From the NCBI GenBank assembly GCA_964492875.1, contig CAZBLD010000007.1, positions 21,949-85,948 on the forward strand: a DNA stretch of 64,000 bases. The letters are read 5' to 3'. Source of the DNA: an uncultured Planctomycetaceae bacterium. GTDB taxonomy: Bacteria > Planctomycetota > Phycisphaerae > Sedimentisphaerales > UBA12454. Under the pieces are notes generated by a model. It was not told the origin of the DNA and searched no databases. It saw only the letters and a program-made list of their open reading frames with translations. How positions within the stretch are numbered: the stretch's first letter is position 1; each line of letters starts with the position of its first letter. Made by a program: the position numbers and the translations under genes. This document shows positions 18,243 to 25,432 of the stretch, in pieces.

Positions 18243-19337
18243 TTAATCTATATCTGCGTTAACAAGTTTTTCCGGCAAACCAAGATGTTCTTTAATCTCT
18301 TTCTGTCTCAGACCGTCTACAAAATCACCTATTTTACCAAAGTCAAGTTGCCACATTTCTCGTACACCTGTACTGTACTTGTCGGCAAAAAACCCCTGTA
18401 CTGTCGGGTACTCGATATGTATATCATCGTGGATTGAACGGAGTAAGTAGCTTCCAATTGTCTGCATTTTGCTTCCGGTAGGTGCAAGAATTATACGATG
18501 AGTACCTGAAAATTTCCAATATAAACTAGTAAGAAGTTCATAAGTTTCATTATAGTAAAGGGTGCTAGTTACTTTGATGGGATTGTTATCATCTTCGATA
18601 GTCCATTCTCGGCGCAAAAACTGATGAACATAGGCTGTAGCCTCTTCTCGCCATTTTAATTCTCCTCGTGGTGGACGGCCATTGATAAGTATGAAACGTG
18701 ATGGCTTGATAACATTAACTAAAGCCTGGCATAAAGCTTCATTGAAAGAGTCAAAGGCTATTAGCAATGTTGCCTGATTTTGCATTCGAATACTTGAGAG
18801 TCTGGAAACATGCAGCACATCGTAAACACCGGTATGTATGAAAGATGTAGGTAAATGTTGCTCTTCTTTTGATTTTGCTGTCTCAAACTGGGCTTGGCTT
18901 GGCGCGTATTCACAAGCTTCAGCATACACTATACGTAATGGCAAATTCAATTCGCGTACTACGTCAAGGATAATCATAATTGCCAGTCTTGACATGCCGG
19001 ATATATCAAGGCATACCGCCTTGGCTTGAGAATTAATCAGAATATCCTTAAAACAAATATCAAAGTCAAAAGGTAAATGCAAATTGTATTCCACAGGCAC
19101 AACCTTGCAACCTTTCTTATTTAGTAAAGACATAATCTCTTCAAATCTATTTTCTGGTTTATAGGGCAAGTAGTTCAGAAGTACCGCAATATTGTTGGTT
19201 GAGCTGGAAAATTCGAGAATTTCAGAAAACTTGCATGCGCGTTCCTCAAATCCTCCTGCTGCCACAAATAATTCATCATTATGAAGCACAAGTTTATCGA
19301 TAGATGTGAGTTTAGGTATGATCATGGCTACTTTCAT
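18243..19337 (-). CDS. Hypothetical protein, third gene of the MTase/kinase-ATPase operon, with possible Rossmann/CARF-like motifs
   Basis: Long AT-rich ORF whose start (ATG 19337 or 19325, TTG 19340) overlaps the stop of the upstream gene (19312). Motifs AAGGFEERA, LDISGMSRL and APTGSKMQ. No family recognised. Confidence 0.7.
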   Translation of the reverse strand: MKVAMIIPKLTSIDKLVLHNDELFVAAGGFEERACKFSEILEFSSSTNNIAVLLNYLPYKPENRFEEIMSLLNKKGCKVVPVEYNLHLPFDFDICFKDILINSQAKAVCLDISGMSRLAIMIILDVVRELNLPLRIVYAEACEYAPSQAQFETAKSKEEQHLPTSFIHTGVYDVLHVSRLSSIRMQNQATLLIAFDSFNEALCQALVNVIKPSRFILINGRPPRGELKWREEATAYVHQFLRREWTIEDDNNPIKVTSTLYYNETYELLTSLYWKFSGTHRIILAPTGSKMQTIGSYLLRSIHDDIHIEYPTVQGFFADKYSTGVREMWQLDFGKIGDFVDGLRQKEIKEHLGLPEKLVNADID

Positions 19338-21840
19338 CAAACAATCTCATTTGTTTAGTGTTAAACCGCTCTCTATCTTTTTTCCACTTTTGGGCAAAAT
19401 CTGCTGGGTTTAAAAGTAAATCCCTAAAATCTACTGCTTTCATAAAAATGCTATCAATTTTGGAAAATGTCAATGTACAAAACGGAATAAGTAATCGCCG
19501 TAAATATAGTCTGGGAATTATAGCCCCTCTAATACTTTTTCCTCTGTCATCCCTCAGGAACACTCCATAACGTACAAGATCTTCATATATTTCCCTACAG
19601 ACACCTTCCAAGGAAAACTTATCTACTATTTCTATTCGAAAAGCCTGTTTAGGTTCATTCTGTCGATCTTTTCTGCCGCTATTCAGTTTTCGTAAATCAT
19701 ATAAACTAACTTCCTTAAAAGCTTCAGCAATCTTAACCAAATGTTCACCCCATGAAACTATATGGCGAGGAAGGGGAGTTTTACCATCTCTTGCTGTTCT
19801 GGCACAGGCTTTAAGAAAATGCAGAAATTCCCCTCCTGCACGCCTGAATTCCTTGTTTTGTATATCTGGTTGTATTGGAAGATTCAAAGGTTGTTTATCT
19901 GGAATTTGTTCCAAGAGATTCTGAGCAAGTTTAACCATTGATCTTGTGTCTCCAGACCACATGCTCACAAAAACTTCTCGACCATAATAAAGAACCTGAG
20001 GTTTTGGTTTTTGTATAGGTTGCAAGTCATCATTCTCCGGCCCTACCTCTTTCCGAATTCCTCTTGCAAGTTCTGCCCAGGATTTATCAAATCTGCCAAG
20101 CACCTCAATGAGATTTTTGCCTTGAAACTTGTCTTCTCTTGCGAGACGACGACAAAACACATCATCAAGAAATGTTTCGCGTTTTTCGTCTGGCAAATCG
20201 ATTGTTACAGAACCTAAATCTGTAAGTTCAAAGTCGTGAGGCTCATCGAGGACCTTTTTAGTATAATCTTCGCGATATAAAGTTGAAGGTGATTCTGTGG
20301 AAATTTTGAAGAAAAAACAATCTGATCTTTGAAAAATAACCGAATTGAGAATTTTCTGAAGTGATTTGCCAACCTTGGGAAGAGAATAGTCATCAAGAAA
20401 AAAATATAATGGTCTATCGCCTATCCAAGGTACTATTTGCTGCAATTTTGGAACAAAACGTTTAAGCCAATCATTTTGCGCCATTTCCGAAAGACAAGAG
20501 ATGGGCTCTTTTGCATTTCGTACTCTGTCTTTAGCAGTCTCTACTAACGAGGCTGCAACCTGCATTTCAAGCCTGGGGCCTGGATATAAAGTCTTAGGAT
20601 CAATTTTCGTGATAATCAAATTAAATAACTGACGGTTTGATTCATCAAGTACAGTTTGTTGTCCATCCGCACCTTTTTCTCTGGCAGTTGATGCAATCCG
20701 TATAATCTCTGACAACAGCGAAAGATGAAAAAACTGAATTATACGCATAGCAAGGTTTTTATCTGGCGACTTCTCTTGGTCAAACAGAAACGCATCAGCA
20801 ATATCGTTCATATTAAGATATATGCCAACCAACTCTCCTGCCGCACCATCATCTACAGGACCAACCTCAAGAGTAAGAAGCTTTGAAAGACGTCTGAATA
20901 CCATTGTTTTGCCACAACCTCTTGTTCCAGTCAAGACCGTGATATTTCGACTGACGATATCTTCGTAGCCGGGAAAACTTGAAACAAAAAGTTCTTTCCA
21001 TTCTTTCCATCTATTCCCTAATTGTTCGCCTACCAAATAGTCACCAAATCTGGAATGACCCATTTGTGTAATTTGTGGCATGCTTGTTCGTTGACGTATA
21101 CGAATCAATTCCCCTACTATATTTTCAACGACATTTTTTTCATCCCCTCTTTCCAATGGCGATTGCTCTCTGAGACTCTTTATGGCAGATCCGCCGCAAA
21201 TTTCATCATAAAAAAATCTATCACCTTGCGTTAATTGTTCTCGAGTAATTGACTGAAGCATCAATGTGGTTATCAGGCCAATTTGCTCTATATCTTTTTT
21301 AGGTTGTAATATAGCCCCAGTATCACCCATCCCAAAATCTGTTATCATAACCTCGTATGCACGAGGACCTCCCATCTCAGGTTTTCTCAGAATAATATTT
21401 CCCGGATGTAAGTCTCCATGCTGTAAGTTCTTTTTTTGCAGACAATCTCGACGAAAAAATAATAAGTTTTCCAATATGTGTTGAACGTCGCTGATGGTTA
21501 ACTTGCGATTTATAACATGTTCTTTAAGTGTTTGGCCTTCGATGAAATCAAAGACCATCACAGCATAATCTTTATACCAAAAAAGTCCATGAAATCTTAC
21601 GGTGTTTGGTTGCTGTTCAAGTTGATGCGCTTTGAGAGCTTCTTGTTCCCAACCATGTTTTAATTTGTTTTGAGATATAAATTTTAAAGCTCGCTCACGC
21701 CCGTATTGATTTTTAGCTTTAAAAACATGCGCTCTTTTTCCACTTCCAATATAACTTATTATCTCGTATTCGTATTCTTTGTCCTTGTTAACTGTATTAC
21801 CTACTAAATCTTTTAATTGGTCTGGTAGAGAAAGAGTCAT
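19312..21840 (-). CDS. Fusion protein: Ser/Thr-type protein kinase core (aa about 24-200) plus P-loop NTPase (aa about 295-520) plus uncharacterised C-terminal region
   Basis: Kinase: G-loop IGSGKRAHVF, ALK (K53), HGDLHPGNIIL (D143), ITDFG (168-170). NTPase: Walker A GTRGCGKT (305-312), Walker B-like LYFFLDD (478-484). Confidence 0.85.
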   Translation of the reverse strand: MTLSLPDQLKDLVGNTVNKDKEYEYEIISYIGSGKRAHVFKAKNQYGRERALKFISQNKLKHGWEQEALKAHQLEQQPNTVRFHGLFWYKDYAVMVFDFIEGQTLKEHVINRKLTISDVQHILENLLFFRRDCLQKKNLQHGDLHPGNIILRKPEMGGPRAYEVMITDFGMGDTGAILQPKKDIEQIGLITTLMLQSITREQLTQGDRFFYDEICGGSAIKSLREQSPLERGDEKNVVENIVGELIRIRQRTSMPQITQMGHSRFGDYLVGEQLGNRWKEWKELFVSSFPGYEDIVSRNITVLTGTRGCGKTMVFRRLSKLLTLEVGPVDDGAAGELVGIYLNMNDIADAFLFDQEKSPDKNLAMRIIQFFHLSLLSEIIRIASTAREKGADGQQTVLDESNRQLFNLIITKIDPKTLYPGPRLEMQVAASLVETAKDRVRNAKEPISCLSEMAQNDWLKRFVPKLQQIVPWIGDRPLYFFLDDYSLPKVGKSLQKILNSVIFQRSDCFFFKISTESPSTLYREDYTKKVLDEPHDFELTDLGSVTIDLPDEKRETFLDDVFCRRLAREDKFQGKNLIEVLGRFDKSWAELARGIRKEVGPENDDLQPIQKPKPQVLYYGREVFVSMWSGDTRSMVKLAQNLLEQIPDKQPLNLPIQPDIQNKEFRRAGGEFLHFLKACARTARDGKTPLPRHIVSWGEHLVKIAEAFKEVSLYDLRKLNSGRKDRQNEPKQAFRIEIVDKFSLEGVCREIYEDLVRYGVFLRDDRGKSIRGAIIPRLYLRRLLIPFCTLTFSKIDSIFMKAVDFRDLLLNPADFAQKWKKDRERFNTKQMRLFDESSHDHT

Positions 21841-21844
21841 GACA

Positions 21845-22957
21845 TTAACTCTTCTTTCGTAGCACTATAATAGTTTCTTCACGAGTTGAATGGCAGTTGA
21901 CTCGTGCGCGGCGAATGTCAGGAATAGCATTTTTGCATATAGCAGTGGGTTTTAAATAACAATCTTTGCGTGAAGTAATTCTCAATATTTCTTCCGGTAA
22001 ACGATGATACTTACCATTTCGACGTACTGCTCCCAACACAAGAATACACACACCATTCCGCACTAAAAGCTTTGACCATATATCCATCAATGCTTCCATC
22101 ATATTTAGAAATTGTGTCTTGTGTGGCGAAAGCACAGGTTCCAATATTGTGTGATCCTTAATTCCTAAGAACCATAGTCTCAAACGATTATCACGAGCAT
22201 AAGAAAGCGAATTCATATATGGCGGACTTGTTATAATAGCTGAAACCTTCTGACAAACCAACTTTGAGTCTGGCTTCATTGCGTCCGACTGTACAACATT
22301 CCTAATCAATTGCCGATCCACCTCAGACGTTCTTTTGTAAGCACGGCGTACTTTAGCAAGCAATCGTGGATACACCGCTCTATAAGCATATAGTTCAGGG
22401 TATTTTGTACGTGGATAAAGCTTATCTTTCAAATATGGAACTGTATGGGAGGATGGATATGACAAAAAACCTGGTCTCCAATGATGAAGTATTCCGAGCA
22501 GACAGCTGAGCAAAAAATATTGACGGTGACGTAGCATAACATTTCTAATTGCAAGAGTATCCCGAAGAGTCTCCGGTTGGAAAAAATTGCGTACCCACTC
22601 TGGAATTTTTCTGAGATCAATCGTTTTACGTTCTTTAGTTGCTTCTTGCCAACATTCATTGAGTCTATTCTCGGCATCTTTAAAATTTTTAGGAGGATTC
22701 ATTTTGGCTTTTGAAAGCACATAAGCATAAGGACTGAGATCTCCTGCAAACACGTGTCTCTTGGTAAGCCATCCTTCTAATGCTATCGTTCCTGCTCCCG
22801 AGAAGGGATCGTATATGGTATCCCCCGGCTCAGTAAACTGTGTGATTAAACTTCTGGCCATTGAGGATTTCATCCTACCAATGTATGGAGACAGTTGGTG
22901 CCAGCTACATTCTGAATTAAGAGTACCTTTTCTCCAATCAATCCGTATTTTATCCAT
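21845..22957 (-). CDS. DNA methyltransferase (N6-adenine or N4-cytosine type)
   Basis: SAM-binding DPFSGAGT (aa 50-57) and catalytic TSPPY (aa 243-247). Its stop lies 4 nt from the next gene's ATG. Confidence 0.85.
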   Translation of the reverse strand: MDKIRIDWRKGTLNSECSWHQLSPYIGRMKSSMARSLITQFTEPGDTIYDPFSGAGTIALEGWLTKRHVFAGDLSPYAYVLSKAKMNPPKNFKDAENRLNECWQEATKERKTIDLRKIPEWVRNFFQPETLRDTLAIRNVMLRHRQYFLLSCLLGILHHWRPGFLSYPSSHTVPYLKDKLYPRTKYPELYAYRAVYPRLLAKVRRAYKRTSEVDRQLIRNVVQSDAMKPDSKLVCQKVSAIITSPPYMNSLSYARDNRLRLWFLGIKDHTILEPVLSPHKTQFLNMMEALMDIWSKLLVRNGVCILVLGAVRRNGKYHRLPEEILRITSRKDCYLKPTAICKNAIPDIRRARVNCHSTREETIIVLRKKS

Positions 22958-23004
22958 TTCAGCATCTTATTTTTGAATATACTTTGGTTCAGACGTAGTG
23001 AGAA

Positions 23005-23032
23005 ATTATACTATTCGTAAGTTAACAGGCAA
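23005..23032 (-). promoter_or_regulatory. Candidate sigma70-type promoter of the three-gene operon
   Basis: On the minus strand, TTGCCT (23032-23027), 16-nt spacer, TATAAT (23010-23005), about 45 nt upstream of the ATG at 22957. Confidence 0.35.
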
Positions 23033-23478
23033 GCCATTTCCCAGTGAAGCCGGTTCATAAAATCTTCATTCTTCAATTTTGCGACAGTAGTTCTCCGCTT
23101 CGCAAAAACGCGCAAGCACAAGTTGCGCAAATTCATCGAAAACTTGCCAAAAACTCAAAAAAACCCCTCATTTTTTTTAATTTCCGTGTAATCTGTGTAA
23201 TCTGTGGTTAATTTCCACCCCATTTTTACCCCCTTTTTTGAAGTTTACCCGCCACCGGCGGTCGGTTAGCCCTGCCAACGAAGTTTACCCTCGCGCAGTG
23301 CCTGCCCTCGAGTAGTCGGGGGCGGGGGGCAGGGTTTTCATTGCGACCCCTTAGGCCGTAGCAATCCGTCGTAAGGCGTCCCGAGCGAAGTAATGTCACC
23401 CCTGCGCAGGCAGGGGCGAGGGTTCTATTTAAATTTCTAATCTGCAATCTCAAATCCCGAATTTCTCCCTCACCTTGA

Positions 23479-23492
23479 TTGATAATTATCAA
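23479..23492. promoter_or_regulatory. Perfect 14-bp palindrome TTGATAATTATCAA (operator-like), copy 1
   Basis: Self-complementary. An identical copy lies at 23696-23709 within a duplicated block. Confidence 0.3.
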
Positions 23493-23695
23493 GTATCGAT
23501 TTTCAGCCCCAAAAACTCATAAAAACAGTGTAAATCTGCGAAATCTGCGGTTAAAAACAGCAACTTTAACTTGTCCGCCTATGGCGGACGGCAACGCCGT
23601 CTCCGCCCCCCGCCGCTTCTCAATTTTTAACTTTTCACTTTTGGCTTTGAGCTTTTAGCTTTAACTTTTAAACTCTTGTCTCTCCCTCACCTTGA

Positions 23696-23709
23696 TTGAT
23701 AATTATCAA
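23696..23709. promoter_or_regulatory. Perfect 14-bp palindrome TTGATAATTATCAA (operator-like), copy 2
   Basis: Identical to 23479-23492. Confidence 0.3.
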
Positions 23710-24082
23710 CTACCGATTTTCAGCACAAAAACTTGTAAAAACCTGTAAAAAGTCGTCAAAAAATTGTAATTTGTGTCAATTCGTGTTCATTCTCCGTAAG
23801 GAGTCCCAAGGACGTGGTTAATTAAAATCAATTTAATCTGCGTAATCTGTGATTAAAAGTACCCTCATTTTTAGCGTAATCCGCTGGGGGATGCCTGACG
23901 GCATTTTTAAAACTCTTGTCCGTTCGACTTGTCCGCTCGTAGCCTTGGCGGAGACGGAAGCCTTAGCGACCTGTCCTCCGTAGTCCATCTTGGTGGACGA
24001 AGGATGGAAGACGGATGCCCGCTTTTGACGAATTTTTTATCTCCTCAAATTACCTAAAAATCGTTTATCCCGCACCTACTTG

Positions 24083-24137
24083 CCCCGTTAGATGCGTTAG
24101 TTAGCTGCTTGGGGACACTTTAGCTATCTAACCGGGG
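24083..24137. repeat. CCCCG-TAGAT...ATCTA-CGGGG hairpin-family element
   Basis: CCCCGTTAGAT (24083-24093) pairs with ATCTAACCGGGG (24126-24137). Same family as 33069-33103 and 53039-53115. Confidence 0.6.
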
Positions 24138-24405
24138 TTTGCTATTCAATCGTTTACTTGGTGCGGGGTCAATCCCGCACCAAACTTATTATTCTTTACT
24201 CGGTGCGGGGTTCATAACTCCTTATTTTTCATTGCCGGTTTTTACCTGTTCTACTATTCACTGTTCACTATTCACTGTCCCCCTTTTTCTACTTCCCCTG
24301 ATTTGCCTTTCAGTCTTTTATTTCGTATATATTTATATGGAGTCGATTAAAGAAGGCCGAGGGGCCTATAAGTATTTAATTTGGGGGGGTTTAAGGAGTT
24401 TTTTT

Positions 24406-24726
24406 ATGGGTTGGAGAAGCAAATTCATATTTTTGTTGATTGTTTATTTCGCGGGTTTTGCGACCGCGATTTACTATCTTGCTCCTTCTGATAGGGGCCA
24501 GTGCCAGGCCGCCAGTTTCTTAAGTAGTTTAGACAGCGGTTCGCAGGGCAATGCAAGTGCTTTATGTAAAGGGTATTACGACAAGGCCTATGCGAAGGCT
24601 TCTGAGAGTTTTTCTCAGGTAGATTGGCAGGATTTGAAGGAAAGGTTTAATCGTGGCCTGCAGAAGCTGATGGAAATGGCTAATAAAAACAGCCAGAATG
24701 CAGCTGAAGGAGCTGAAGATAAGTAA
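24406..24726 (+). CDS. Small membrane-anchored protein (106 aa), function unknown
   Basis: ATG 24406 is preceded by AAGGAG at a 7-nt spacing. One N-terminal TM (FIFLLIVYFAGFATAIYYL) followed by a hydrophilic tail. The track's upstream extension runs through repeat DNA. Confidence 0.45.
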   Translation: MGWRSKFIFLLIVYFAGFATAIYYLAPSDRGQCQAASFLSSLDSGSQGNASALCKGYYDKAYAKASESFSQVDWQDLKERFNRGLQKLMEMANKNSQNAAEGAEDK

Positions 24727-25080
24727 CGCATCCACCGAGGGATAGGGATAGGTCTCTTTGCTGGAGCTTGTGGAGTTGAGCTGTTTTTGGGGGGGTGTTT
24801 ACTATAGAATATCAGAAAATAGGACTTGACAAAACTGTAAAGATAGAGGTAAAATAACAGGTTAGATAAAATTTGGAATAGCTGAAGGGCTGGCAAAGGA
24901 AGTCTTAGCGCGTGCCTTTGCAGAAAGTGGTAGATGCGCATGAGCGACACTTTATTGCCTGAGGGACTGTTAGCCTGCCTGACAGAACCGATTGAAATTC
25001 GGTGCTGTGCTCGTGTGCATTGATATATAGACGGGCAAAGAGTATCCGTAAAGGTACAAAGGGTTTTAATTTTTCATAGT

Positions 25081-25108
25081 GGCTGACCGAAAGTGGGCAG
25101 CCTTTTTT
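25081..25108 (+). terminator. Rho-independent terminator-like hairpin
   Basis: GGCTGACC (25081-25088) pairs with GGGCAGCC (25095-25102) with one mismatch, followed by TTTTTT (25103-25108). Confidence 0.4.
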
Positions 25109-25199
25109 ATTGAGTTGTCCAGCTGTCTCTTTACTCCTTTCTCATTTGTCGGCAGCGAAAATATGTCGTTTGCCATGAACACGCGAAAGCGATACATCC

Positions 25200-25409
25200 G
25201 GAACCCGGTGGTTTGCTGCCCAAAAACTCAAGGAGCTTGTGGAAAGACGACGGCTGAATTATAATCACAGACGGCAGCATAGTTCGCCTGGCTGTATGAC
25301 CGCCGGCGTGTTTCCGCTGCGATGTAATTCTTCGGCTTCGCTTATGGCTCAGCCTCAGGAATACGGAACGGGAAAGATGGATAGTTCTCTAATTCAGAGT
25401 GGTACATAA
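25200..25409 (+). pseudogene. C-terminal relic of an IS3-like (rve/DDE integrase) transposase
   Basis: Translation ...TRWFAAQKLKELVERRRLNYNHRRQHSSPGCMTAGVF...LIQSGT* matches the conserved ...W...YN..RPHSSLGY.TP..F tail of rve-domain transposases. The upstream frame is broken by a stop (about 25170). Confidence 0.6.
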
Positions 25410-25432
25410 AGCGGCATCAAGGCAGACTGTTT

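Larger units (their letters stand above)
23150..24300. repeat. Repeat-dense non-coding tract built from several short motif families
   Basis: Contains CCGTGTAATCTG..GGTTAA modules (23181-23214, 23528-23557, 23833-23858), duplicated 60-nt blocks (23466-23527 and 23683-23742), GAAGTTTACCC x2 (about 23240 and 23280), GTCCGCC/GGCGGAC palindromes, CCCGCACC motifs (24069-24210), and a tandem CACTATTCACTGT x2 (about 24250-24278). Confidence 0.8.

Noticed and set aside
23226-23492. 88-aa minus-strand ORF
   Set aside because: It is composed of translated GC-rich palindromes (Arg/Gly/Pro-rich) inside the repeat mosaic, with no start context.
23150-24300. Possible CRISPR array, given the many short repeats in an ORF-free tract
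   Set aside because: The repeats belong to several different families with variable length and spacing. There is no constant repeat/spacer periodicity, no leader-like organisation and no cas genes in the window.
24139-24405. N-terminal 89 aa of the 195-aa track ORF
   Set aside because: This part runs through the CCCGCACC hairpins and the tandem CACTATTCACTGT repeat and lacks an RBS. The AAGGAG-ATG at 24406 gives a sensible small membrane protein.
24862-25108. Known structured RNA (SRP, RNase P, 6S, tmRNA or a riboswitch)
   Set aside because: The short resemblances (GGTGCTGT, ACAGAACCGA, GACCGAAAGTGGGCAGCC) lack the accompanying invariant motifs, namely GGAAGCAGCC for SRP, GAGGAAAGTCC for RNase P and a CCA-ending acceptor for tmRNA. 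It is kept only as an unclassified candidate.
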